Source of the DNA: a virus
Lineage: Duplodnaviria > Caudoviricetes
DNA: 64,000 nt
Virus record (IMG/VR): IMGVR_UViG_2534682025_000001
Coordinates: 1 to 64,000 of that record
Reading direction: 5' to 3' (one strand)
The notes under the pieces are model-generated. The model saw only the letters and a list, made by a program, of their open reading frames with translations. It ran no database searches and had not been told where the DNA came from. Each line of letters begins with the position of its first letter. Positions within the stretch are counted from its first letter, which is position 1. Positions 28,411 through 37,585 of the stretch are shown in pieces. A program made the position numbers and the translations under genes.

Positions 28411-28649
28411 AAAAAAGGATATGACGATCTGCCACACCCTTGCCTTAGATTACGATACTGACCAGCTCGGCAACTGATCTACCGCTACTCACAATCCCAC
28501 ACACCTAACATGCACGGTCCGCTTTACTTGCTTTCAATCCTCTTTAGGTCGGGACGCTACTCCCTAGTCTAAATTCCCGAAGGAAGTTTACTCGATGGCA
28601 TGTTCCACTGCTCGGCACTCCAGAAGGCTTGGGTCGCCTTTTCACAGGC
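28411..28649 (-). ncRNA. Candidate about 240-nt multi-helix structured RNA upstream of the tRNA
   Basis: Several nested helices found by hand, a cUUCGg tetraloop, repeated UGCCGAGC and GAGUAGCG motifs, 3' terminator; no ORF in the track. Confidence 0.6.
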
Positions 28650-28652
28650 ATT

Positions 28653-28679
28653 AAAAAAGCCCACCATTTGGCGAGCTTT
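28653..28679 (-). terminator. tR'-like terminator after the late promoter
   Basis: AAAGCTCGCC-aaat-GGTGGGCTTTTTT on minus. Confidence 0.75.
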
Positions 28680-28714
28680 CAAATCAATCTAGTGCTTTAA
28701 CGTACACTTCGATC

Positions 28715-28754
28715 ACTATAACATAAATATACACATATATGGCGCACCAAGCAA
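28715..28754 (-). promoter_or_regulatory. pR'-like late promoter with -10-like pause element
   Basis: TTGCTT-17 bp-TATATT followed by TATAGT near +1, downstream of the Q gene. Confidence 0.65.
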
Positions 28755-28838
28755 ATATTATTTTGAAAGCTTGTTCTTTAATTTAAAATCATATAAAACA
28801 ATGTATTAACTACTTTAGAATAAGCTTATGAATGAAAG

Positions 28839-31067
28839 ATGATTAATTGTCTACATATTAAAAAAATCGCGACTTATAATTCTATTGGTGTAGAAATAAA
28901 TGACCTAAATAAAGTCAACTTTATCTATGGTGGTAACGGTTGTGGGAAAACAACTATTTCAAATTTTTTATTTCATCATACCCATCCTGATGAATCTGCT
29001 AGCAATTATTCTTCATGTAACATTGCATTTAAAAGCCTAGAAAAGATCAAAATTTTAACTTATAACAAAAAGTTCAGGGATCTAAATTTCTATAAAGATT
29101 CTGAAATACCGGGTGTTTTCACGTTAGGTGAGGCTTCAATTGAGGAAATACAGGCAATAAATAGCAAAACAGAAGAGTTAAATCTAGCAAATAAAGAATT
29201 AAACAAGACTCAAACTCAAATTACTAACTTTACTGAATTATCAAATAAACAAGAAAAAGAATCGATAGAAAAATGCTGGGACGTATTCAAACAATATGAA
29301 GATGATTTCAGACCAGCTCTTCTAGGTTCTGGATTTTTGGGCTCTAAGGCTAACTTCAGAAAAAAAATTTTAAATACATTACCTTTGGGCGGGAGAATCA
29401 TCAAACCACATTCTTCTCTTGTTGATCGCACCAAAACACTTTTTTCAACAAAATTAGAAACACTCGATGAAATTCACCTTAATGAATCAAATCCCCTAGA
29501 ACTTTATGAATCATCAGATATTTGGAAAACAATTATCATTGGTAAAAAAGACTTAGATATAGCTAAATTAATTAATAATTTAAATATTACAGATTGGGTA
29601 AACCAAGGACGTTCATACATAAATGATTCAACTTGCCCTTTTTGCCAAAAAGAAACTATTGATGATGTTTTTAAAAGCAGACTTGAGGAGTATTTTGATA
29701 ATGAATTCGAAAACAAGGTAAAAAATCTAAAAGCTTTGCAAGAAAAATATGAAATTGCTTGTACTAATTTGATTAAAGAATTAGAAAACGTCTTAGCCAA
29801 AGAAATAAGTAGAAACAGTAAGCTCAATATAAAAGAGTTTGAAATCGAATTAGAAAGTCTTAAAAACCTACTAAGATTAAATATTCAATTATCACGGGAA
29901 AAGCTAACCAGTATAAGTAGCATAATAGAATTAAGCTCATCTAATGATATTTTTAATGAAATTACTTCACTTATTAACAGTGCAAATATCGAGATTAAAA
30001 ATCACAACGATTTAGTTAATTCACATGTTCAAGAAACCACTAAGTTGACTTCAGAAATTTGGGATTTTTTAACATTCGAAGCTAATCACCGTATTTCATC
30101 ACATGAAACTCAAATAGAAAATCATTGTAAGGCCCTCAACGGAATGAAGGCATCTGAAGAGAAAGGAAAAGAAAAAATTCAGCGCTTAAGCAATGAGCTT
30201 TCCCAATTAAATTCAACTTCAACAAGTGTACAGCCTGCAGTAGATGAGATTAACCTCTTATTAAAAGGATTTGGTTTTACTAATTTCAAAATTGATAAAG
30301 CTGAAAAGCCTAATCATTACTGGATCAAACGTGATAATGGTGACAATGCCTTGCACTCACTAAGTGAGGGTGAATCTACATTTATTACTTTTTTGTATTA
30401 TCTACAGGTAGTTAAAGGCTTATCAACTAAAGATGAGGCAATCACAAGCAAAATCTTAGTTATCGATGATCCAATTTCAAGCTTAGATAGCAATGTATTA
30501 TTTATAGTAAGCACATTAATTAAAAATCTTATAAAAGGTACAATATCTAGAGATAGCACACTGGGTATTAAACAAATTATCATCCTTACTCATAACGTAT
30601 ATTTTCATAAGGAGATCTCATTCCAACTCCAAAAAGATGATTCAAATCATGTTAATTACTGGATATTAAGAAAAAAAGAAAACACGACATTCATTACAAA
30701 TCATGGTAAAAACAATCCTATTTCCTCAACATATCAAATGCTTTGGAATGATGTAAAAGAAGCAGACAAAAGTAGCTCAACATCAATTCAAAATATCATT
30801 AGAAGAATTCTAGAAAATTATTTCAAAATTCTAGGAAATTACAGCGACACACAAATTATTGATGAATTTAATACATATGAAGAAAAGAAAATTTGCCAAT
30901 CATTACTGCATTGGATAAATGATGGATCTCATTGCATTCCTGATGATTTATTTATTCAACCCATAGATTCAGAAAAAGATATTTATTTAGATGTTTTCAG
31001 AAAAATATTTGAGAAATCTGGACATGAGGCTCACTACAATATGATGATGGGTATAACTAATCATTGA
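28839..31067 (+). CDS. RloC-like Rad50/ABC ATPase with C-terminal HEPN-type nuclease (AAA_13 family)
   Basis: Walker A GGNGCGKT, coiled coil with CPFC zinc hook, LSEGE signature, VIDDPISSLD, LTHN, C-terminal RRILE...NDGSH; very AT-rich. Confidence 0.8.
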   Translation: MINCLHIKKIATYNSIGVEINDLNKVNFIYGGNGCGKTTISNFLFHHTHPDESASNYSSCNIAFKSLEKIKILTYNKKFRDLNFYKDSEIPGVFTLGEASIEEIQAINSKTEELNLANKELNKTQTQITNFTELSNKQEKESIEKCWDVFKQYEDDFRPALLGSGFLGSKANFRKKILNTLPLGGRIIKPHSSLVDRTKTLFSTKLETLDEIHLNESNPLELYESSDIWKTIIIGKKDLDIAKLINNLNITDWVNQGRSYINDSTCPFCQKETIDDVFKSRLEEYFDNEFENKVKNLKALQEKYEIACTNLIKELENVLAKEISRNSKLNIKEFEIELESLKNLLRLNIQLSREKLTSISSIIELSSSNDIFNEITSLINSANIEIKNHNDLVNSHVQETTKLTSEIWDFLTFEANHRISSHETQIENHCKALNGMKASEEKGKEKIQRLSNELSQLNSTSTSVQPAVDEINLLLKGFGFTNFKIDKAEKPNHYWIKRDNGDNALHSLSEGESTFITFLYYLQVVKGLSTKDEAITSKILVIDDPISSLDSNVLFIVSTLIKNLIKGTISRDSTLGIKQIIILTHNVYFHKEISFQLQKDDSNHVNYWILRKKENTTFITNHGKNNPISSTYQMLWNDVKEADKSSSTSIQNIIRRILENYFKILGNYSDTQIIDEFNTYEEKKICQSLLHWINDGSHCIPDDLFIQPIDSEKDIYLDVFRKIFEKSGHEAHYNMMMGITNH

Positions 31068-31117
31068 TGATTAGTTATTTCATTTTGAAAATAAAACTCT
31101 ATTTATTTAATAGAGTT

Positions 31118-31513
31118 TTATTGGTTACATATAAACTCTAATCTACAATCCAACCAGGTTTCCCCAGCAAGTAAATATTTATCGATTATGCGCCTGTCAA
31201 CTTTACTTAATTTTTCCAAAGCTCGGATTGACAACCCCTTCAAATAATGAAACTCAATCCACTGGTACAGATCTGGCCGTGAAAAGCGCAACTGCGTCAC
31301 CAGGTGATCAATAGCAACCAAAGCATCATCATCCAGCATCACCTGAATACCTGACGACTTCTGCCCCTCTTTCAAACGCATCAAACCATATGTAGGTGAG
31401 GTATAAGTCAATTCACTTGGATTATATGAAGCATGACGCGCCCACTTACCCCACTGCGCCAATTCATTCTGCATCATTCGAACCGTTGGTTTTACTTCTA
31501 CAATTGCGCTCAT
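31118..31513 (-). CDS. Late antiterminator Q
   Basis: LAQWGKWAR, DDDAL..ID and C-terminal HTH; last gene of the early right operon. Confidence 0.8.
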   Translation of the reverse strand: MSAIVEVKPTVRMMQNELAQWGKWARHASYNPSELTYTSPTYGLMRLKEGQKSSGIQVMLDDDALVAIDHLVTQLRFSRPDLYQWIEFHYLKGLSIRALEKLSKVDRRIIDKYLLAGETWLDCRLEFICNQ

Positions 31514-31526
31514 TTATATTCTTCCC

Positions 31527-31958
31527 TTAAACCTTCCAAAATCTTTTAAAAACCAACATTGCTGCATCACGTGCATGCTCATTCGTGCGGCCAGTCCAAC
31601 CGGTGATCTTCTTAAATAGATCCGCTTTGGTTTTAGTAGCATTTGCCTTTGGGTGAACCATGATGTAATTGAACTCCTGCTCCTTACACCAGTCCTCCCA
31701 GATCTGTGCATCACGCTTTACTGACCCAACGCCTTGAGCTTTTTCTTTACCACCAGTAAACCAAGTGCGTTTACGTGCATCTTCGATATACAGCTTTAAA
31801 TTATCTTTCCCATGAATCGCTTTTATTTCCTGAACCGCCTGCATTGCCTTGGTGATGCTTAAGCACTCCACCTGGTGCAACTCCCCACCGGAGCCATGGT
31901 CGATTGCCACGGCGTAACCGGTTTTAACTCCTGTATCGATGCCGATGAGGATTTTCAA
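31527..31958 (-). CDS. RNase H-fold (RuvC-like) resolvase candidate
   Basis: IGIDTG...YIED...NEHARDA acidic motif pattern. Confidence 0.55.
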   Translation of the reverse strand: MKILIGIDTGVKTGYAVAIDHGSGGELHQVECLSITKAMQAVQEIKAIHGKDNLKLYIEDARKRTWFTGGKEKAQGVGSVKRDAQIWEDWCKEQEFNYIMVHPKANATKTKADLFKKITGWTGRTNEHARDAAMLVFKRFWKV

Positions 31959-32125
31959 ATCACAAACTCCTTATCATCTTTGCACCAGCACACATATGCG
32001 ATTTGTACTGTTAAGTTGCGGTACCCAATACCTTGGTCAAAATCAAACAAGCGGCCCCCATAGATATATTTCAGTTGCAGGTAGAAGGACTGAGCCATGA
32101 AGAAATTTTCGAATTGGTCTTTCAT
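31955..32125 (-). CDS. 56-aa hypothetical protein (not in ORF track)
   Basis: MKDQFENFF...; start and stop overlap both neighbours. Confidence 0.6.
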   Translation of the reverse strand: MKDQFENFFMAQSFYLQLKYIYGGRLFDFDQGIGYRNLTVQIAYVCWCKDDKEFVI

Positions 32126-32961
32126 GCTGCACCACCAAATAAATCAGGTTGAGCAGCCGCTGGATTCATCCATAAACATTCAATTCGGGTATCAGTGCCG
32201 CGGCCAGATGAAATACGCGCTTTAATTTCTACCTTTTGCCAGCCTTTGAGCATTTCTTCATACAAATCGGATTGGTAACCGGAAAGCATGACCATTCCGT
32301 CTAGCTCGAGTAATGTGTTGAGTAAATCCAGGTGATCTTTATCATCCATCTCATGACGGTAAACTCGACCAGTTTTGGCACCTTCATAACGGGTATCGTG
32401 AACATACGGCGGATCCACATAATGCAAAGTGGTAGGCGCGTCATGATCTTTAAGAATCTGGATTGCTGGACGGTTCTCAATTAAAACTCCACTCAATCTC
32501 TGGCCAATCTGACTTAGATGTTCTGGATAAGTGGTCCACAATGACTGAGCTGTTCCGTACTGGCGCTTTGTATCAATACGAAAACCTGTAATACCTTTGG
32601 TTGCACCGGCAGATCCAAAGCCCATCTGAGCACGGATGATCGTACGGCGTGCACGTTCTACTGAATCCTCAGAACCCAACCAAGAATTTTCAAATTCTTC
32701 ACGGCTGTAAGGCGTTAGAATTAATTGTTCAATTAGCTTTTCTCTCGAGCTAGAACTTCGAAGTACCTTAAAAAGATTTACGATGTCACCATCAAGGTCG
32801 TTATAGACCTCAGCGTACGCTCGTGGCTTTTGTAGAAGAACTCCAGCTGCTCCACCAAATACTTCTGTGTAGCAAGTGTGATTTGGCATTTGAGAAATAA
32901 TCCAATGAGCAATTCGGAATTTACCACCGTGGTACCGGATTAAAGGATGATTCATTTTCAA
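32122..32961 (-). CDS. DNA adenine methyltransferase (Dam/D12 class)
   Basis: RYHGGK, EVFGG, YNDLD and DPPY motifs. Confidence 0.92.
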   Translation of the reverse strand: MKMNHPLIRYHGGKFRIAHWIISQMPNHTCYTEVFGGAAGVLLQKPRAYAEVYNDLDGDIVNLFKVLRSSSSREKLIEQLILTPYSREEFENSWLGSEDSVERARRTIIRAQMGFGSAGATKGITGFRIDTKRQYGTAQSLWTTYPEHLSQIGQRLSGVLIENRPAIQILKDHDAPTTLHYVDPPYVHDTRYEGAKTGRVYRHEMDDKDHLDLLNTLLELDGMVMLSGYQSDLYEEMLKGWQKVEIKARISSGRGTDTRIECLWMNPAAAQPDLFGGAA

Positions 32962-33563
32962 GCTGCTCTCCCCGGACGCTTAAAAGCACCCTTCACTTTT
33001 GCAGCCAACTCAGGCGGACACGGCACACCTTTACGATTGCGCTCGTCATAAGTTAAAGACTTAGCCTTACCCTCTTTCTTCCACATTTCCTGCACGCGGC
33101 CTTTTTCCTTCGCCCGGGCAAGGTAGTCCTGATAAATCGCATTAAAGGCGTAATGCGCTGCTTTCTGCCCCTCTACGTTGAGGATATGGCGCACCTCATC
33201 AAGACTGCGCTTCGCAAGTGTCGTAATTTCTGATTTTTTATCGTTTTCAAACTGCAGTGCTTTGGCCCATGCCATATCTGCAGTCCACCAGTCACCACCT
33301 TGTTCACACCAGCTGCGGAATTTCGGAAGGTTTGGACACCACTCTTCAGAATTCATACGCAAGATGCCGCGAGTGATATCAGCTGGAGTTAGGCCACTCA
33401 AAACAGTGCATGCCAACTGAACAAGCTCTTCATCTGAATAACCTGCGTATTTTTTAGTGAACTCAGCGCCGTAGACGTCACCAATACGGTTTAAAACCAT
33501 TTCTGCCACTTCAACTGGAAAGTTCACAGCAAAAGCGTTTTCGAATAATTGAATATTGCTCAT
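32958..33563 (-). CDS. Replication protein, lambda P-like position
   Basis: WCPNLPKFRSWC motif; follows the initiator gene. Confidence 0.6.
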   Translation of the reverse strand: MSNIQLFENAFAVNFPVEVAEMVLNRIGDVYGAEFTKKYAGYSDEELVQLACTVLSGLTPADITRGILRMNSEEWCPNLPKFRSWCEQGGDWWTADMAWAKALQFENDKKSEITTLAKRSLDEVRHILNVEGQKAAHYAFNAIYQDYLARAKEKGRVQEMWKKEGKAKSLTYDERNRKGVPCPPELAAKVKGAFKRPGRAA

Positions 33564-34339
33564 TAGTTTGACTCTCCCACTGTGCGCATTTGATTTGGAT
33601 CTACCTGGTTGCCAAAGCGACGGCGCTGCATTGGCTGTTGGTTTTGAGCTGGTGTTTGTTGTTTAGGGGGATAAACACTCTGATAACTTCCGATGATTGA
33701 AGCTTCCAGCGATTGATTTGCCTGATCACCAAAGCCAACCAATTTTTTAATCAAAAGGTTTACGGCGTTTTCAGTGAGTGGCTTTCTGATGCTGTTGCGC
33801 ATATCAACAAATTGAATCCACAAATCACGATTTACGTTTGCTGGTAACTCAACTGGTTTTGCATCGAATGCAGTTGGTTTTTTAGAAGAAGATTTCTCTT
33901 TTTCACCCTTATCTTTATTTGTTTTTGTATTAGTTGTTTTTGAGTTGTTATTGTGGGTCGAATCTTTAGAGTGCACGCTATCTAAAATATCGACTCCCCC
34001 CTCTATATTTTCGACGGCGTTTTTTTCGCTATCTAAAATATCGACTGCAAAAATACTGTCAGTTAGAACATACTTTGCCGGCTGATTTGAGAAAGATTTA
34101 CGCTCAATAACACCCATTTGAACTAATTTTTCACAACCTTTTAGGACTGAGTCTTTGTTGTATCCAGTACCCGCCACCAGTTGAGAAACACTGATGCTAT
34201 CGTCAGATTTATTCCAGCCACGAGTTTTACGCACAATGAATAGATAACAAGGCAAAGCTGGGCCTTTCATATGAGCCATATAACCTTTGTCAATTAGGTC
34301 ATTAGGCAGCATGAAGGCGTTAGAAATAAAACTGCTCAT
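33563..34339 (-). CDS. Replication initiator (lambda O-like)
   Basis: IVRKTRGWNK..D.IS.SQ winged-helix N-terminus; internal iterons. Confidence 0.85.
   Translation of the reverse strand: MSSFISNAFMLPNDLIDKGYMAHMKGPALPCYLFIVRKTRGWNKSDDSISVSQLVAGTGYNKDSVLKGCEKLVQMGVIERKSFSNQPAKYVLTDSIFAVDILDSEKNAVENIEGGVDILDSVHSKDSTHNNNSKTTNTKTNKDKGEKEKSSSKKPTAFDAKPVELPANVNRDLWIQFVDMRNSIRKPLTENAVNLLIKKLVGFGDQANQSLEASIIGSYQSVYPPKQQTPAQNQQPMQRRRFGNQVDPNQMRTVGESN
33955..34046. repeat. Origin iterons within the initiator gene
   Basis: CGCTATCTAAAATATCGACT at 33976-33995 and 34027-34046, a degenerate copy between them and an inverted one to the left, next to an AT-rich tract. Confidence 0.75.
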
Positions 34340-35106
34340 TGCACCACCCCTTCTACCAAACCGGCATCACGAACCATAGCTGCTAAACGCGTAAGACCTT
34401 TTGAGGTAATGCGAGCCTGAGTGAAAACTTGTGGACCTTTTGACGTTTCAATAACGCGAGTTACTTTCTCGATCATGACTTTTTGAGCAAGGCGTTTGCT
34501 GTAAGCGCACAGGGTGTTGCTGCCATCTTTGGCACGATAGATCCAGTTCTGATTCATCAAAAACTGAATAAACTTTTTCTCTGGCACGCCTACAGTCTTT
34601 GCAGCATCACGAATACAGAAAGAGCTTGATGTTTCAGCAATCTGGTCAAGCGCATTAGCTTTTGGCTCCAATACCGCTACCTTTTCACTTAGCTCAATAT
34701 TGAGTTTTGCCTGCACTTCGATTGCTTGAAGGAGATGTGTTGGGTTTGTAATATCGAAACTATTTTTAGCCTTAAGTGCTTCTTCCATCGCCGTCATGCG
34801 ATCAAAGACTCGAGCTTGTAATTCATAGCTATATGACATGGCCATGAGGCAGGCTTCGCGTTTTGGAAAGTTATAGATATGGCGTGTGTTATTGTTGCCA
34901 TAGTTTTGCGTTCCGATAAATTTCGGAGCGTGCTCTTCACCCAAAACACTTAAAACTTTACGCATAAAGTCATCATGGCGAAGTTCTTTGTATGGCTTCT
35001 CGACAGTGGCAGTTTCTTTGCGAAAATTGTTAATAAAACCAACAATATCGGGTGATGACATTGTCACTTCGTTTATGTTAAAATTTCCTTGTGTTAACAT
35101 ATTCAT
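34336..35106 (-). CDS. Rha-like / KilA-C antirepressor protein
   Basis: MSS..I, LRHDDF and REACLMAMSYS motifs; C-terminal PKA...ITSKGL. Confidence 0.8.
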   Translation of the reverse strand: MNMLTQGNFNINEVTMSSPDIVGFINNFRKETATVEKPYKELRHDDFMRKVLSVLGEEHAPKFIGTQNYGNNNTRHIYNFPKREACLMAMSYSYELQARVFDRMTAMEEALKAKNSFDITNPTHLLQAIEVQAKLNIELSEKVAVLEPKANALDQIAETSSSFCIRDAAKTVGVPEKKFIQFLMNQNWIYRAKDGSNTLCAYSKRLAQKVMIEKVTRVIETSKGPQVFTQARITSKGLTRLAAMVRDAGLVEGVVQ

Positions 35107-35157
35107 GTTTACTTTCCTCGACGTTAGTGAACAACCGGAAAAGCCTGACCTCGCACG

Positions 35158-35622
35158 TCAGGCTTTTTCTGTTTCTGGGTTATCAATACAAGCCTGAATT
35201 TGTTTATCCAGCTCGGCCAAAGCAACATGCATCTGGTGGATCACCTTTGACATGTCCTGCACTTCACCTTGTGTAATACGGCCATCTGCCATAATTTCTC
35301 GGAATAGGCTCATCACATCGCCACCTTTCATACCAATGCACAGCACTTTGTCTGTCAGAGACATATCGCGGCATTCAGGAATTTCAGGGAGATCGATTGC
35401 GACCTTTTCATGCTCAGCAGCCAAAGCTTGCAAAATTCGATAATCACCAGTCATTGCCATCATTTTTGAGGCTTCTGATAGTGTTAAATGATGGGTATCT
35501 GTGTTTGGATTTACCTTACTGTTTAAAACAGCTGGACTTTTGATTCCCATCCTTGGGGCTAATGCATTTGCCCCACCTGGGTAGTCATGCACTGTGCTGT
35601 ATGCTGCATCCGCTATGTTCAT
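35158..35622 (-). CDS. Phage regulatory CII-family protein
   Basis: VHDYPGG..ALAPRMG...KVNPN...HHL. Confidence 0.8.
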   Translation of the reverse strand: MNIADAAYSTVHDYPGGANALAPRMGIKSPAVLNSKVNPNTDTHHLTLSEASKMMAMTGDYRILQALAAEHEKVAIDLPEIPECRDMSLTDKVLCIGMKGGDVMSLFREIMADGRITQGEVQDMSKVIHQMHVALAELDKQIQACIDNPETEKA

Positions 35623-35683
35623 TTAGCCTTCCTAAAAACGTATTTATTGAAAATCAAATGTTTAATAATTGGTCTAAGCAGTA

Positions 35684-35881
35684 TTAAGCTGCATTATTTT
35701 TTGGGGGAGTTGGTTGTGGTTTTAAAAATAGTTCAGGGTATTCAAGCTTTACCTTTGCCGGAATGCCGCGAACCGTCCAGTTTTGAACTCGCTGAATGCT
35801 ATAACCAAGTGAATCAGCTACCTTTGCAGGACCGCCTAGATTCGCGATGGTTTGCTTATCAGCTTTTACTGAGATAGCCAT
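35684..35881 (-). CDS. Cro-like repressor
   Basis: LGGPAKVA.SLG...RVQNW..RGIP HTH; divergent from cI. Confidence 0.8.
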   Translation of the reverse strand: MAISVKADKQTIANLGGPAKVADSLGYSIQRVQNWTVRGIPAKVKLEYPELFLKPQPTPPKNNAA

Positions 35882-35889
35882 AATCTTAT

Positions 35890-36010
35890 TCTCAACATCA
35901 CGTTAAGTATATGGTAAACACAGCGTTAAGTATTGTCAATTTTTTCTGTTTAACACAAGTTGTTTACTTTTTTAGATAATAAAAGGGCTTTTACACACCG
36001 GGTTAACACG
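35890..36010. promoter_or_regulatory. OR region with pR
   Basis: Minus-strand TTGACA (35934-35939)-17 bp-TACCAT (35911-35916); imperfect palindromes such as TAACACAAGTTGTTTA. Confidence 0.65.
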
Positions 36011-36013
36011 AGC

Positions 36014-36694
36014 ATGCATCCTTCATTAGAAAGAATTTTAAAAATAAGTGGCTTGAATCAAGAAGAGCTAGCTAAGAAAATTGATGAATCTCCACAAACT
36101 GTTAGCAACTGGAAGAGACGTGGAGTATCTAAGTCAGGTGCGATTAAGGCGTCTGCTCAATTTGGTGTGTCGGTCAACTGGATCTTGCAAGGTGATGAGA
36201 AGGGTCAAAATGTTGAAGTTACAAAAGTTCAAGGATGGGATCATCAAACCCCACTAGATGATGATGAGGTTGAAATACCATTTTATAAGGAATTCTTAGT
36301 GTCTTGTGGCTCTGGTACAGCTGCAGAAATTATTGGTGAAGCAACAAGGAAGTTGCGCCTAAGTAAGGCAACACTCAATAAATACGGCGTTTATGAAGGA
36401 AATGCTTATGCTCTAACAGCATTCGGGAACTCTATGGCACCAGTAATTAATAACGGCGCTACTGTGTATGTAGATACCGGCAGAACACAGATTATTGATG
36501 GAAAGATTTATGCCATAAATCATGGTGGATTATTCAAATTCAAGTATTTATATCGCATGCCTAAAGGTGGGGTGCGAATTGTTAGCGCCAATTCTGAAGA
36601 GTATCCAGAAGAGGTACTGACTATCGAAGATATTATGGAGCAGGAATTTTGCGTAGTAGCTTACGCATTCAATGTACAAAACCCTCTGCCGTAA
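36014..36694 (+). CDS. CI repressor, HTH + S24 peptidase
   Basis: HTH (QEELA...TVSNWK), SCGSG cleavage-site region, GNSM and FK catalytic residues; likely start MHPS. Confidence 0.9.
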   Translation: MHPSLERILKISGLNQEELAKKIDESPQTVSNWKRRGVSKSGAIKASAQFGVSVNWILQGDEKGQNVEVTKVQGWDHQTPLDDDEVEIPFYKEFLVSCGSGTAAEIIGEATRKLRLSKATLNKYGVYEGNAYALTAFGNSMAPVINNGATVYVDTGRTQIIDGKIYAINHGGLFKFKYLYRMPKGGVRIVSANSEEYPEEVLTIEDIMEQEFCVVAYAFNVQNPLP

Positions 36695-36712
36695 CCACTT
36701 AAAAATTATATG

Positions 36713-36736
36713 ACCGCCCACTGAGGCGGTTTTTTA
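36713..36736 (+). terminator. Terminator after cI
   Basis: ACCGCC-cactga-GGCGGT-TTTTTT. Confidence 0.75.
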
Positions 36737-36759
36737 TCGCCTCTATAAAAGTTCACAAA

Positions 36760-36832
36760 AATAGTAAACAAAAATAGTCCACACAAAGTTAACAAAATTA
36801 CTTGACGATAGTACACGTCATGTTTACTATTA
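36760..36832 (+). promoter_or_regulatory. OL region with pL
   Basis: TTGACG (36802-36807)-17 bp-TACTAT (36825-36830), overlapped by a GTACACGTCATGTTTAC operator-like palindrome. Confidence 0.7.
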
Positions 36833-36910
36833 ATTCACAGGAAACAAAAAGCCCCAGCGTAGCGCGAACTACCTGGAGCATGACTCATCACCCTACTGAG
36901 TGAAATTATT

Positions 36911-37153
36911 ATGAATAAAAACCCAATCCAAAGCAACCTTCCGGAGTTCGGCCAATCCAGCATGACCTCAGAGTGTTTGTATCAACACCCAAAGCCTAAA
37001 TCTGTAGCGAAAGAAGTCGCTTCAAATGTTGCAGCTTGGTCTTTAGTTTTCTCAATCCTTTTAGGTCTTTCGGCAATGTTTATCAATCAGGCAGACAAAA
37101 CGTCTAATCGCCAGGTTGAAGCAATTGCCACTTCTGTTGGAACAAACAACTAA
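36911..37153 (+). CDS. Hypothetical single-TM early protein
   Basis: First ORF of the pL operon. Confidence 0.55.
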   Translation: MNKNPIQSNLPEFGQSSMTSECLYQHPKPKSVAKEVASNVAAWSLVFSILLGLSAMFINQADKTSNRQVEAIATSVGTNN

Positions 37154-37192
37154 TTCAACACAGCTTACACAAGTAATTTTTGGAGAATAACC

Positions 37193-37567
37193 ATGTCAAA
37201 AAACAAAACCTCTTTCGCTCAAACACTTGAAAATTTACGTCACGGTACTGTGGCTGAAGAAATTGATGAGCTGCTTACTGAAGCACTCCAGGCAACGGCG
37301 GATACCGGCAAGCAAAGCAAGGTCACTATCTCTTTGACCATCAAGCCAAACGGCAACGGCGTCTACAAAATCATGGATGACGTTAAATCAATTCTTCCTA
37401 AGTTCGATAAAGAACCAACTGTTCTATTCACCGATGGAAAACAGCAGCTTGTTCGTGAAGATCCACGCCAACAGAAATTGAATCTTGAACAGATCCAATC
37501 AAGTGGTCCAGTAGATGTGAAAGCTCTGCCGGAAACCAAAAAACCAACTTTCAAAAACCTCAGCTAA
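37193..37567 (+). CDS. Conserved phage protein (YfdP-like partner of DUF2303)
   Basis: TGK.SKVTISLTIKP...L.REDPRQ..L motif. Confidence 0.6.
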   Translation: MSKNKTSFAQTLENLRHGTVAEEIDELLTEALQATADTGKQSKVTISLTIKPNGNGVYKIMDDVKSILPKFDKEPTVLFTDGKQQLVREDPRQQKLNLEQIQSSGPVDVKALPETKKPTFKNLS

Positions 37568-37585
37568 TTAAAAGGCCTTAACAAC

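Noticed and set aside
28411-28649. Group I/II intron or hammerhead identity for the structured RNA
   Set aside because: I could not find P/Q/R/S elements, a domain V or a CUGAnGA/GAAA core by eye
28742-28749. GCGCACCA matching part of the att core
   Set aside because: Only 8 bp, inverted relative to the att copies, and inside the late promoter spacer; likely chance
32122-32961. Methyltransferase as part of a restriction-modification system with the RloC-like gene
   Set aside because: No restriction subunit; opposite strand and embedded in the replication operon, as orphan phage methylases commonly are
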